Shown: positions 47,420 to 59,410 of the stretch, piece after piece
Layout of the letters: each line of letters starts with the position of its first letter
Numbering within the stretch: position 1 is the first letter of the stretch
Assembly (NCBI GenBank): GCA_038087875.1
Contig: CM075988.1
Location: 3,472,001 to 3,536,000 of the forward strand
Length of the DNA stretch: 64,000 nt
From: Malacoraja senta
Taxonomy: Eukaryota
Direction of reading: 5' to 3'
The notes under the pieces: generated by a model
What the model was told of the DNA's origin: nothing
Database searches by the model: none
The model's input: the letters and a program-made list of their open reading frames with translations, nothing else
Position numbers and translations under genes: made by a program

Positions 47420-47840
47420 ACACACTTCACTTGGGCAACTTACAGCCCAGCGGTATCATTTTTATTTTTCTACCCTTGCACCCCCTCTCTCTCTGTCCCT
47501 CCCCACCCAAGTCACCATCCTACTAGTTTCGCTGTTGTCCAGTTGAGTTTCACTGTCTGTATAACTCGTTATCACCTAGCCCACAGCCAACAATGGACCA
47601 TTGTGGGCTCCACTCCTTGATCATCGTCACTTTTTGCATATCTTCCATTCATTTGTTCTGTATCTCTCTATATCGTCGTCTACCTCTCTCGTTTCCCTTT
47701 CCCCCGACTCTCGGTCTGAAGAAGGGTCTCGACTCGAAATGTTACCTATTCCTTTTCTCCAGAGTTGCTGCCTGACTCGCTGAGTTACTCCAGCAGTGTA
47801 TGTCTATGGAATAAACCAGTATCTGCAGTTCCTTCCTGCA
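47420..47840 (+). mobile_element. Penelope 3' end/pLTR fragment
   Basis: Degenerate end of the GIY-YIG ORF, then pLTR with ggtCTGAAGAAGGGTCTCGACTCGAAA. Confidence 0.75.
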
Positions 47841-47916
47841 TCTCTGTTGCTGCAGCCACCAGGTTTCTATGTAGAAAACACCTTGAAACCCACCAACAAC
47901 TTGAAGACATCTGGTC

Positions 47917-48468
47917 AGCACGGTGGTGCCGCGGTAGAGTTGCTGTCTTAAGGGCCTGTCCCTCTTACGTGACCTTTACAGGTGACTGCCGGGGTCGCCG
48001 AAATGTTCAACGTTGAGAATTCAGCGGCGACCAGAAAGATGCTACGACTCTTTTAAGACCTCTCACGACCATAGGAGACGTCTCACGGCCATACAGGCTG
48101 TATAGTCGTGAGAGGTCTCCTATGGTCATGAGAGGTCACCAATGACATGTCGCCAGGGGTCGCCTGTATGGTCGTGTGCTCTCTGTACAGCGCCAGAGAC
48201 CCGGGTTCGATCCTGCCTGTTCGATCCTGACTACGGGTGCTGTCTGTACGGCGTTTGTACATTCTCTCCATGACCTGCGTGGGTTTTCTAAGAGATCTTC
48301 TGTTTCCTCCCACACTCCAAAGACGTGCAGGTTTGTAGGTTAATTGGCTTGGTATAAATGTAAATTGTCCCTAGGGTAGTGCTAGCGTACAGGGTGATCG
48401 CTGGTCGGTGCAGTCTCGGAGGGCTGAAAGGCCTGTTTTCACATTGTATCCCTAAGTTAAAAAACTAA
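47917..48468 (+). mobile_element. V-SINE with a truncated Harbinger MITE (~47951-48180)
   Basis: TTA followed by the AGGGCCTGTCCC terminus; the right TIR is missing. Confidence 0.75.
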
Positions 48469-48705
48469 GCATCCAGCAGATGAAATCTGTCGCTGTACCT
48501 CCTGTGAAGATTATTTTTGAACACCAAGTGGTTCGGTGATTGTTCACATTGCTTGTAGTTTAATTATTTTGTTGATATCTCAATTGTTTGTTGGCTTCCT
48601 TCTGTAGCAAATGAAAAGGTATTAAGAATGTTCAAATAGACAGTCTTTGCACAAGGGCCAGTTTCATCTATTGACCATTTAAACCCAAAATAAGCAAAAC
48701 TATTG

Positions 48706-48875
48706 TAGACAAAAATGCTGGAAAAGCTCAGCGGGTGAGGCAACATCTATGGAGCAAAGGAAACATTTTGACCCGAAACGTTGCCTATTTCCTTCGCTCC
48801 ATAGATGCTGCCTCACTTGTTGAGTTTCTCCAGCATTTTTGTCTACCTTCGATTTTCCAGCATTCCTTCTTAAAC
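48706..48875. mobile_element. Penelope pLTR-only fold-back insertion
   Basis: Palindromic arms; perfect 16-bp TSD ATAAGCAAAACTATTG at 48690-48705 and 48876-48891. Confidence 0.88.
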
Positions 48876-48959
48876 ATAAGCAAAACTATTGAACGGTTTG
48901 GGTTTAAATGTAGATTCTCCACACAACTGATGATAGAGAGATCTTGAGAGATCTGAGCT

Positions 48960-49460
48960 CCTCAGACATTGAATTATGAAGGGCACAGACAAGATAGACA
49001 GTCAGAGCCTTTTTTCATGGGAATGATGCCTGGATTAGGGAGTGTTAGTTACAGGGAGAGGTTGGACAGACTTGCATTGCTTGGTCTGGAATGCTGGAGC
49101 TTGCGGGGAGATGATACAAATATATAAAATGATGAAAGGCACAGACAGGGTAGCCAGTCAGAATGTTTCTCCCACGTTGGAAAAATCAAATGCTTGAGGG
49201 CGTAGCTTTAAGGTGAGAAGGGCAAAGTTTGAAGGAAGGGGCAAGTTTTTCGCACAGAGTGGTGAATGCCTGGAACGCGATGCCAGAGGCCGTGGTCGAG
49301 GCAGATGGGATAGTGGCGTTTGAGAGACTTTTGGATAGGTGCACGGAAGTGCAGGGAATGGAGGGATATGGATTATGTGCAGCCAGATAAGGTTTGGTCT
49401 TGGCATTATGTCTGGCACAGACATTTTGGGCTGAAGGGCCTGTTCCTGTGCTGTACTGTT
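48960..49460 (+). mobile_element. Old CR1 3' fragments
   Basis: CR1 C-terminal and 3' UTR motifs. Confidence 0.75.
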
Positions 49461-50544
49461 GAATACAACAACAATACACTGCAGTTGCTAGTCTATACCA
49501 CAGACACAAAATGCTGCAGTAACTCAGCGGGTCAGGCAGCATCTCTGGAGAACATGGATAGGAGATGTTACGGTCGGGGCCCGTTCTATGTGGAGTTGTT
49601 AGGGTGAGGTTAATTAGATGTCAAGGTGGCATCTAAGGATCCTTTCTAGGTGAACGTCAATTAAACTCACACCACTTTTATGCTGCCATTTACTGGCCAG
49701 GCTAAAGTGTCTCCAACCATCTCCTCCACTGTGGTTCGTGTGAGGACGGTGAGTGGGGAGCAGTGTTCTCTGGGGCCGCCGTGTCAATGGGATCACCAGG
49801 GTGGCTGGATTCACAGGGAATGAAGCCCCTTTATTTACAAAAGTCAAATGCCCATTGCCCGCACTCCAGAGCTCTGGCAAGGCCTGCCACAGTGTGAGCA
49901 AGTGGCCAATTGTACTACCTCTTTGGACTTAAGTAGTAAATTAGAAATTCTGAAGATTAATATATTAAGATGTTTTATTTTTGAGAAGAGTCGGATGGAG
50001 CAACGCTTCATAGCATGCGGGGATCACTGGACAGTGTGGACTCGGTGAGCCGAAGGGCCTGTTTCCGCGCTGTATCTAAAAACTAAACTAAACTGGGGCA
50101 AGGAAGGGGTTGGAATTGGAAAGGGACTTGGCTGGTTCCTCAGCCTGAGTGACCTTTCCCCCCTCCCCCCCGACCCCAGCATCCTTCCCCCTTTGGCCCC
50201 TTCATGCTGCACTCCAACAATGACCCCTGATCTGAGCTGTTTATGTCCTAACTCTTTCTTGTACCTCCTATGGTTTTTTAACATAGACATGAAGCAATTC
50301 GGGAAATTTTGTTTTGTAAAATGCAAACATTTTATTGTGTACTTTTTGTTCCATTGCTTGAGGCTGGATTTTGAAGATGATATGAATATATTACTTGCAA
50401 TACTTGTAATTAAAGGGTTACTTGTTCCTCAGTCTCTCACTGTTGGTACCAGCATCTTCTCCCATCTCCGAAGACATTTGAAGACCACACGGAGATGGTG
50501 TCCCGCAGGGGGAGTCACGGGAGCTTTGGAGATGGAAAACGCGA

Positions 50545-51163
50545 TAGACAATAGACAATGGACAATAGACAATTGACAATAGGTGTAGGAATAGGCCATT
50601 TGGCCCATCGAGCCAGCACCGCCATTCAATGTGATCATGGCTGATCATCCACAATCAATACCCCGTTCCTGCCTTCTCACCATATCCCTTGACTCCGCTA
50701 TCTTAAAGAACTCTATCTAACTCTCTCTTGAAAACATACAGAGAATTGGCCTCCACTGCCTTCTGAGGCAGATAATTCCACAGATTTACAACTCTCTGTG
50801 TAAAAAGGTTTTTCCTCATCTCTGATCTAAATGGCTTAGCCTTTATTCTTAAACTGTGGCCCTGGTTCTGGACTCCCCCATGGGGAACATGTTTCCTTCC
50901 TCTAGCGTGTCCAAACTCTTAATAATCTTACATGTTTCAATAAGATGCCCTCTCATCCTTCTAAATTCCAGAGTACACAAGCCCAGCCGCTCCATTCTAT
51001 CAACATTTGACAGTCCCACCATCCCGGGAATTAACCTGGTGAACCTACGCTGCACTCCCTCAATAGCAGGAATGTCCTTCCTCAAATTTGGAGACCAAAA
51101 CTGCACACAATACTCCAGGTGTGGTCTCACTAGGGCCCTGTACAACTGCAGAAGGACCTCTTT
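50545..51163 (-). mobile_element. CR1 3' fragment
   Basis: YRALVRPHLEYCVQFWSP (ORF 50849..51145); (ACAATAG)n tail. Confidence 0.9.
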
Positions 51164-51389
51164 GGGAGAGTTACGGAGTGGGGGATGGAGTTATGGAATG
51201 ATGGGGGGATATGGAGGAGCGAGAGGGAGGGTTGGAGACGTTACGTTGGAGTGGGTTGAGGGGAGAGTGGATGTTATAGAGGTGTGAGAGAGAATGGGGG
51301 TGATTATGGATGAGGGAGAGGGAAAGATGGGGGCAATATGGAGGGACAAGAGGGAGAGGGGGGTGGAATGATGGAAAGATTATCCTATC

Positions 51390-52175
51390 TGTGTGTGAGT
51401 ATAATTGTGTGTGCTTTAGTGTATGTCTTATTTATTGTGCGAGAGTGTGTGTAAGTGGGAGAGTAATTGTGCGTGAGTGTGGCAGTGTGTGATTCAGTGT
51501 AAGTGTGTGTGAGTGAGATTTAGTATGTGTGTCATTTTGTATGATTGTGAGAATGGTCTTGTGCTTGTGAGTGTGTGAGTGTGTGAATGTGACTGAGTCC
51601 GATTGAGTGTAAGTGTGTGTGCGAGAGAGTGAGTGTGCATGAGTGTGTGTAAGTGGATGAGAGCAGCAACTTATGTGAGTTTGATTGAGTGTATGAGTGT
51701 GATTGTGTGTGTGTGTGCGATTGAGTATATGTGTCATTGTGGCTGTGGCTGTGGCTGTGACTATGATTGAGTGTGTGTTCGTCAGTGAGTGGCTGAGAGT
51801 GTGGCGGTGTGTAAGTGTGGTTGTGTTGTGTGAGTGTGAGTGTGAGCATGAGTGTGTCTGAGTGTGAACATGTTTGGCTGTGAGTATAATTGAATGTGTG
51901 TGAGCCGAACTGAGCATGTATGTGGGGATGTGAGCGTAAATGTGTGTGTGCGTGAGTGTGCCTATACATGTGAGTGTAAGTGCGTGCAAGTGAGAATGTG
52001 AGTGTGCATGTTTGAGTGTGAGCACGTGTGAGTGTATATGAGTGTAAGTATGTGTGAGTGAGTGTGGGCGTGAGATTGAGTGTGTGTGAATGTGAGTGTA
52101 AGGGCATGCGAGTGTGTGCGCGTGAGAGTGAGTGCATAAGCATGGGTGTGAGCATGTGAGCGTGTGTGAGTGTGG
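51390..52175. repeat. (GT/GAGT)-rich low-complexity tract
   Basis: Directly visible. Confidence 0.9.
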
Positions 52176-52309
52176 AGGGGTGGCACCTCGGGGTGGTTTG
52201 GATATCCCAGGGGCCACAGGGAGGTGAGGGGCAAGGGGTGGGCACAGGGGTGGGGGAGCGGGAACCGCAGACAGTGCATCAGTGCAGGGGGAATGAGAGG
52301 GTGATAGGT

Positions 52310-52985
52310 CAGGTGGGGGTGAGGTGTCGGAGGAGGTGATGGGGAGGGGGTGAGGGGTCGGGTGTCGGTAGGGATGAGGGTTCAGGAGGGGGTGAGGGGA
52401 CGGGGGTCGGGGGTGGAGTAGTCAGGAGGGGGTGATGGGTTTGGAGTGGTCAGGATCGGGAAGGGGTGAGGGGTCGGGCGGGGTTGGGAGGGGGTGAGGG
52501 GTGGGGGGGTCGGGAGGGGGTGAGGGGTCGGGAGGGGGGGAGTAGGGTGGGGTGAGGGGTCGGGAGGGGGTGAGAGGTCGGGAGGGGGGAGGGGTCGGGA
52601 GGGGGTGAGAGGTCAGGAGGTGAGAGGTCGGGAGGGGTTGGGGGTTGGGGGTCAGGGGGGTGAGGGGTGGGGGGGTCAGGGGGGTGAGGGGTGGAGGGGT
52701 CAGGAGGAGGAGGAATTGGGAGGGAGGGGTCGGAGGTCGGGAGGGGGTGAGGGGTCGGGAGGGGTTGGGGGTGAGGGGTCGGGAGGGGTTGGGGGTCGGG
52801 AGGGCGTGAGGGGTCGGGAGGGGTTGGGGGTCGGGAGGGGGTGAGGGGTCGGGAGGGGGTGAGGGGTCGGGAGGGGGTGAGGGGTCGGGAGGGCGTGAGG
52901 GGTCGGGAGGGGTTGGGGGTCGGGAGGGGGTGAGGGGTCGGGAGGGGTTGGGGTCAGGAGGGGGTGAGGGGTTGGGAGGGGGGAA
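52310..52985. repeat. G-rich ~18-bp (GGGGTCGGGAGGGGGTGA)n minisatellite
   Basis: Directly visible. Confidence 0.9.
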
Positions 52986-53049
52986 GTCAGTGATCGTGAA
53001 CGGTCCACAAAATCACCGAGGAAAGTTCCGCGACGGGCACGGGAAGTGG

Positions 53050-53425
53050 GGCACGGAGATTACAAACTGTGGTGGACACTGCCCGGTCCATCACGGGTAC
53101 TGACCTCCCCACCATCACAGGGATCTACAGGAGGCAGCCAGCCTCATCAGAGACCCGCACCACCCTGACCACGCTCTCATCTCACTCCTGCCATCGGGAA
53201 GAAGGTACAGGAGTTTGAAAACTTGTAATGTCCAGGATCGGGAACAGCTTCTTCCCTACAGCCATCAGGCTATTGAACACTACGAACTCCAACTAACTCC
53301 GAACTATAAACTGCTTTGATTGCTCGAGGGTCTTGTGGCTTTGTTGTGTTTTGCACTACATTGATTTTTGAAAGATATATTGAACTTCTTGTTGTCTATT
53401 CTGGTTGCCCACTGTTACTATGTTT
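53050..53425 (+). mobile_element. Rex1/Babar LINE 3' fragment (continues after 60911)
   Basis: LQTVVDTARSITGTDLPTI...DPHHP...LLPSGRRYRSL...NSFFPTAIRLLN. Confidence 0.85.
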
Positions 53426-53478
53426 AATAGTAAGATTAAACGAGAACGTACCAGTTTGAAGTTTGATCTTTATTTTAT

Positions 53479-56166
53479 AACCATATAACCATATAACCAT
53501 AACAGCACGGAAACAGGCCATCTCGGCCCTTCAAGTCCGTGCCGAACATTTTTTTTAATTTTTTTAAAAAAATTTAAAATAAATACTTCCCCCTAGTCCC
53601 ATCTACCTGCACTCAGACCATAACCCTCCATTCCTTTCCCGTCCATATACCCATCCAATCTATTTTTAAAGGATAACATCGAACCTGCCTCCACCACTTC
53701 CACTGGAAGCTCATTCCACACAGCTACCACTCTCTGAGTAAAGAAGTTCCCCCTAATGTTCCCCCTAAACTTCTGTCCCTTAATTCTCAAGTCATGTCCC
53801 CTTGTTTGAATCTTCCCTACTCTCAATGGGAAAAGCTTATCCACGTCCACTCTGTCTAACCTGCTCATAATTTTAAAGACCTCTATCAAGTCCCCTCTTA
53901 ACCTTCTGCGCTCCAAAGAATAAAGACGTAACTTGTTCAACCTTTCTCTGTAACTTAGTTGCTGAAACCCAGGCAACATTCTAGTAAATCTCCTCTGTAC
54001 TCTCTCTATTTTGTTGACATCCTTCCTATAATTAGGCGACCAAAATTGTACTCCATACTCCAGAATTGGCCTCACCAATGCCTTGTACAATTTTAACATT
54101 ACATCCCAACTTCTATATTCACTGCTCTGATTTATAAAGGCCAGCACACCAAAAGCTTTTTTTACCACCCTATCTACATGAGATTCCACCTTCAGGGAAC
54201 TATGCACAGTTATTCCTAGATCCCTCTGTTCAACTGCATTCCTCAATTCGCTACCATTTACCGTGTACGTCCTATTTTGATTTGTCCTGCCGAGATGTAG
54301 CACCTCACATTTGTCAGCATTAAACTCCATCTGCCATCTTTCAGCCCACTCTTACAAATGGCCTAAATCTCTCTGTAGACTTTGAAAATCTACTTCATTA
54401 TCCACAACACCACCTATCTTAGTATCATCTGCATACTTACTAATCCAATTTTCCACACCATCATCCAGATCATTGATGTACATGACAAACAACAGTGGAC
54501 CCAACACAGACCCCTGAGGCACCCCACTAGTCACCGGCCTCCAACCTGACAAACAGCCATCCACCATTACTCTCTGGCATCTCCCATTCAGCCACTGTTG
54601 AATCCATCTTGCTACTCCACCAGTAATACCCAACAATTGAATCTTCTTAACCAACCTTCCATGAGGAACCTTGTCAAAGGCCTTACTGAAGTCCATATAG
54701 ACAACATCCACTGCTTTACCCTCATCAATTTCCCTAGTAACCTCTTCGAAAAATTCAAGAAGATTAGTCAAGCATGACCTTCCAGGCACAAATCCATGTT
54801 GACTGTTCCTAATCAGACCCTGCTTATCCAGATGCTTATATATATTATCTTTAAGTATCCTTTCCATTAATTTGCTCACCACTGACGTCAAACTAACAGG
54901 TCTATAATTGCTAGGTTTACTCTTCGAACCCTTTTTAAACAACGGAACAACATGCGCAGTACGCCAATCCTCCGGCACTATTCCCGTTTCTAATGACATT
55001 TGAAATATTTCTGTCATAGCCCCTGCTATTTCTACACTAACTTCCCTCAATGTCCTAGGGAATATCCTGTCAGGACCTGGAGACTTATCCGTTTTCCTAT
55101 TTTTCAAAAGTGTCCGCACCTCCTCTTCTTTGAATCTCACAGTTTCCATTGCTACTCTGCTTGTTTCCCTTAGCTCACATAATTCCATATCCTTCTCCTT
55201 CGTGAATACCGAAGAAAAGAAATTGTTCAATATCTCCCCCATCTCTTTTGGCTCAGCAGATAGCTGTCCACTCTGACTCTCTAATGGACCAATTTTATTC
55301 CTTGTTATCCTTTTGCTATTAATATAGCTGTAGAAACCCTTTGGATTTACTTTCACCTTACTTGGCAAAGCAACCTCATATCTTCTTTTAGCTTTTCTAA
55401 TTTCTTTCTTAATATTCTTTTTACATTCTTTATACTCCTCAAGCACCTCATTTACTCCATGCTGCCTATAATTATTGTAGATCTCTCTCTTTTTCCGAAC
55501 CAAGTGTCCAATATCCCTTGAAAACCATGGCTCTTTCCATTTTTTACTATTTCCTTTCAACCGAACAGGGACATAAAGATTCTGTACTCTTAAAATTTCA
55601 CCCTTAAATGTCCTCCATTTTTCTTCTACATCCTTCCCATAAAACAACATGTCCCAATTCACTCCTTTTAAATCATTTCGCATCTCCTCAAAGTTAGCCT
55701 TTCTCCAAACAAAAATCTCAACCCTAGGTCCAGTTCTGACCCTCTCCATAATTATATTGAAACTAATGGTATTGTGATCACTGGACCCGAAGTGCTCCCC
55801 GACGCATACCTCCGCCACCTGCCCTGTCTCATTTCCTAACAGGAGGTCCAGCACTGCCCCTTCTCTAGTAGGTACCTCTATGTATTGCTGCAAAAAACTA
55901 TCTTGCACACATTTTACAAACTCCAAACCATCCAGCCCTTTTACAGAATGTGTTTCCCAGTCTATGTGTGGAAAATTGAAATCTCCCACAATCACTACCT
56001 TGTGCTTACTACTAATATCTGCTATCTCCTTACATATTTGCTCTTCCAATTCTCGCTCCCCATTTGGTGGTCTATAATACACCCCTATAAGTGTTGCTAC
56101 ACCTTTCCCATTTCTCAGTTCCACCCAAATAGCCTCGCTAGACGAGCCCTCTAATCTATCCTGCCA
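53479..56166 (-). mobile_element. 5'-truncated young CR1/HER1 LINE inserted in the DIRS terminus
   Basis: (AACCATAT)n tail; the DIRS terminal sequence tattttAT...ATgag resumes after it. Confidence 0.95.
53593..56166 (-). pseudogene. CR1 ORF2 (partial AP endonuclease plus RT) with one in-frame stop
   Basis: ORFs 54352..56124 and 53593..54330 are in the same frame; motifs GDFN, SDH, YRPVSL, DFSKAFD, GVPQGS, YADD. Confidence 0.95.
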
Positions 56167-59086
56167 ATGAGTAGTTACAATGAGCGATTACGTGAAGAAG
56201 GCCGTCAGCCCGCATGCGCGTCAATCTTTAAAGCAGCGGTGTGAAATCACAGATAACAGTGGTTGAACTGAACATAGTAAGATTAGAGAGGACTAGAACT
56301 ACCAGATGACCTTTATGATACGAGGGTTGGGAGCGGAGGGCGCATAATCGCTCATCGTAACTCCTCATAAAATAAAGATCAAACTTCAAGTTGGTAAGTT
56401 CTCGTTTAATCTTACTATTTTACTTCGGAGTCACATGAGTGACTACGTGAAGATTTTAAAGCTCTGTGATTTCATGCCGTGGAAACGAGTCCACACAAGC
56501 ACAACTGCATCAGTTGACCACAGATAAGGGAAACATTCATAATGCATACAGACATGACATAGATTTAAAACATGCTGATGCTTTTTAATGAACAAATAAT
56601 AATAGTAACCCCTCTCATCTGTGAGGAAACTATAAAATAGACCCTAAAATAGAGTTGGCAAATACCCCTGGTCTGGCAATGGGTTATTATAAAATGTTTG
56701 GAAAACTCGTTCATCAGACCATCCTGCAGTCGCTAGGATGTGGTCCAGCGGACCGTACATAACCCTTGCTGCTGATGTTGTAGCAGCCCTGGTGGAGTGA
56801 GATTATAAAATATTAGTATCTACTCCTGCATAAGTCAAAACCCCGTTTTAACCACCTGGAGATGGTCTAAACTGATACCTTCTTATGAGTTTTTTGTAAC
56901 TAACAAACATTGCTAGTATCAGAGCCTCTAAGGCTCTATGTGACCTTGATGTATTGTTGTAAATGTGTGACCACACATAACCGAAGTCCATGGGGTATGC
57001 CATGCGAACTAGTTTGAGGCCTGACGCCCCTGGGCTGCTCTGCTTAACTAAATCATAAACATAAAATATTATATTATTTGCAGGTGTAACCATCCTGTCC
57101 AGTTGCAATTTATGTAATGACTGGACCCGTTGCGCTGAGACCAGCGCCGTGAGGATAACTACCTTATGAGAGCCGGGCCAAAATAAGGATGTAGCTGGAG
57201 CCCCCTGGTGAAGTAGTGTTAACACAATGTCAATATCCCATACTTCCGTGTACTTGGGCCTAGGAGAACTTGTGTTAAAGATATCCTTTATAAACTGGAT
57301 ATCAGAGGGTGAGACCCGACAGAGCGGGTCCTGCTTGCTGCAGCAAATATGATGAGAAGGCACGTTGGGCACAGTTAATGGCACTATAACTTAATTTATT
57401 GTCAAGGACCCATTTGAAAATGAACTCCAAGATGTCAGTATCCATGCCATATTATATGTAACATAGCATTTAAACAAAACGCTTCCCATCTCCTGAAGAG
57501 GAAATGTACTGCTTTTTTGGTGCTATCCCTGTACTCTGCAGTGAGCACATACATGGATCGGTCTGACAACCCGAGCCGCAGGAGCAGTCTTCCCAGTCTG
57601 CAAGTCAATGAATTGATTTAATCATGCAGAGGCTGGTTTCCCGAGTCACAGGCTGAACCAGCAAATTTTTTTGTTTAGAATACCCATATAAGGATCTATA
57701 TTATTCCCAACATAAGCGGGAACCATGGCTGCATAGGCCAGTCAGACAGTACGAAAAAACCTGAAGCGGGATCTTGCTGAATTTATTGCAAGACCCGACT
57801 GATGAGGCAAAATGGAGAAAAGACATAAAAGAACATTCCTCCCCCGTGTAGCGAGAATATATCTCTCGCCACTGTGATGCCACATGATTTTTGCAACCGG
57901 TGAATGAGCCTGGATGCAAACATATTGATATTCGGTGTTCCATCGAGCCATAATGTCATAAAATACTTTGTGATCCAACATCCATTCTGTCATTGTCATT
58001 GATTTTACGTGATTATATACCAGCGCCAAATGAGGTTAGGTAAATTATCACAGGATACTTTGACTTGATTGCACCCATGTGACTAACATATGCCACCACC
58101 ACAGTGTATCAACTTGGAATTGAGCATGCAGATTATGCATATTCGCACAATAACCCTTTAACGCATGGAATGCACCTAGTGTATAGAGGTAATTGATACC
58201 AATAACTGAAGAATTGGTAACTCATGCAAATCCCATCCACCTCCGTAACTAGAGATGGCATTTGTAATTTTCCATCTTTGAGCACTAGCATGAGTTTGTA
58301 ATATAGCTGAAGATTTACTGACCAAAAACTACTGGAGTAATGCTGAATACTGTTCGTCCACCATTGTGACTTTGGTAGCTTCAGCTGGTAATAGCATAGG
58401 TCTGTTAACAATTACCTACATGGCACTTGAGAGGTTACTACTTTGCACGTTGTAAGTTCTGATAATGCAAAGGCCCAATTTGCACAGCTGAAACAGCTAC
58501 TATCTTGCCAATTACACTTGATGAATAGAAGGCTGCTTCATAACAACAAGGTTGTTACAGGCTTCTATTAATTCCAATCTCTTGCCCCAGGGCAGAGTCA
58601 CAGACAAATTAATAGTTAAAGGTAAATCCGAATAATCAATAACTCTAGTTGGTATCAACTTAAATTTAACTGAATGGATGAGGAACCTCAATTTCTCAAA
58701 TATAGTTTGCGGCTGAAACAGTTGATTTTAGCAAAATACAGCATTTAGAATATCATCCGTAACAAGTGTTTTTGAGCTCTGAGCAGTCCAAGCACCGGTT
58801 TAGTAATTTGGTAAATGACCTGGTAGCTGAATTTAGCCCATTTTGCAACGCATTAACTGTTATCATTGCCCCATCCAGTTAAATTTCAAATGTCTCCGGT
58901 GATCCCTGTGAATGGGACCTGAATAGTATGCATATTTGAGATTGATGCATGCTAAAGATCCTATGGAAATCAGTTGTTAGACAATAACGAAGTTCCATAT
59001 TCTGAAAAGTCTATATTGCACATGGGAGTTAAATCAAGGATGAACAGACATCCTCCATCTTTGACAATGAACAGGCCACACCTGCC

Positions 59087-59410
59087 ATAATTCCGTGACT
59101 GCCTCGAACGACAACTCTGGCCAGATTTCCGAGCCTGTCTCGAAAGGTAATGCTGGCCATAATACTGAGCCTGCCTCGAAAGGCAACTCTGGCCATAATT
59201 CTGAGCCTGCCTCGAAAGACAACTCTGGCCTTATTTCCGAGCCTGTCTTGAAAAGCAATCCTGGTCATAATACTGGGCCTGCCTCGAAAGACAATTCTGG
59301 CCATAATTCTGAGCTTGCTTCGAAAGACAACTCTGGCCATATTTCCGAGCTTGTCTCGGAAGGCAATCCTGGCCATAATACTGGGTCTGCCTCGAAAGAC
59401 AACTCTGGCC
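59087..59410. repeat. 9 x 36-bp tandem array organised as a 3 x 108-bp higher-order repeat
   Basis: Consensus ATAATTCTGAGCCTGCCTCGAAAGACAACTCTGGCC; unit variants recur A-B-C three times. Confidence 0.95.

Noticed and set aside
51432..53008. Long His/Thr- and Pro-rich ORFs (261, 237 and 102 aa)
   Set aside because: Translations of low-complexity GT- and G-rich repeats.
59087..59410. 36-bp repeat as a CRISPR array
   Set aside because: The units are contiguous with no unique spacers, there are no cas genes, and the context is vertebrate.
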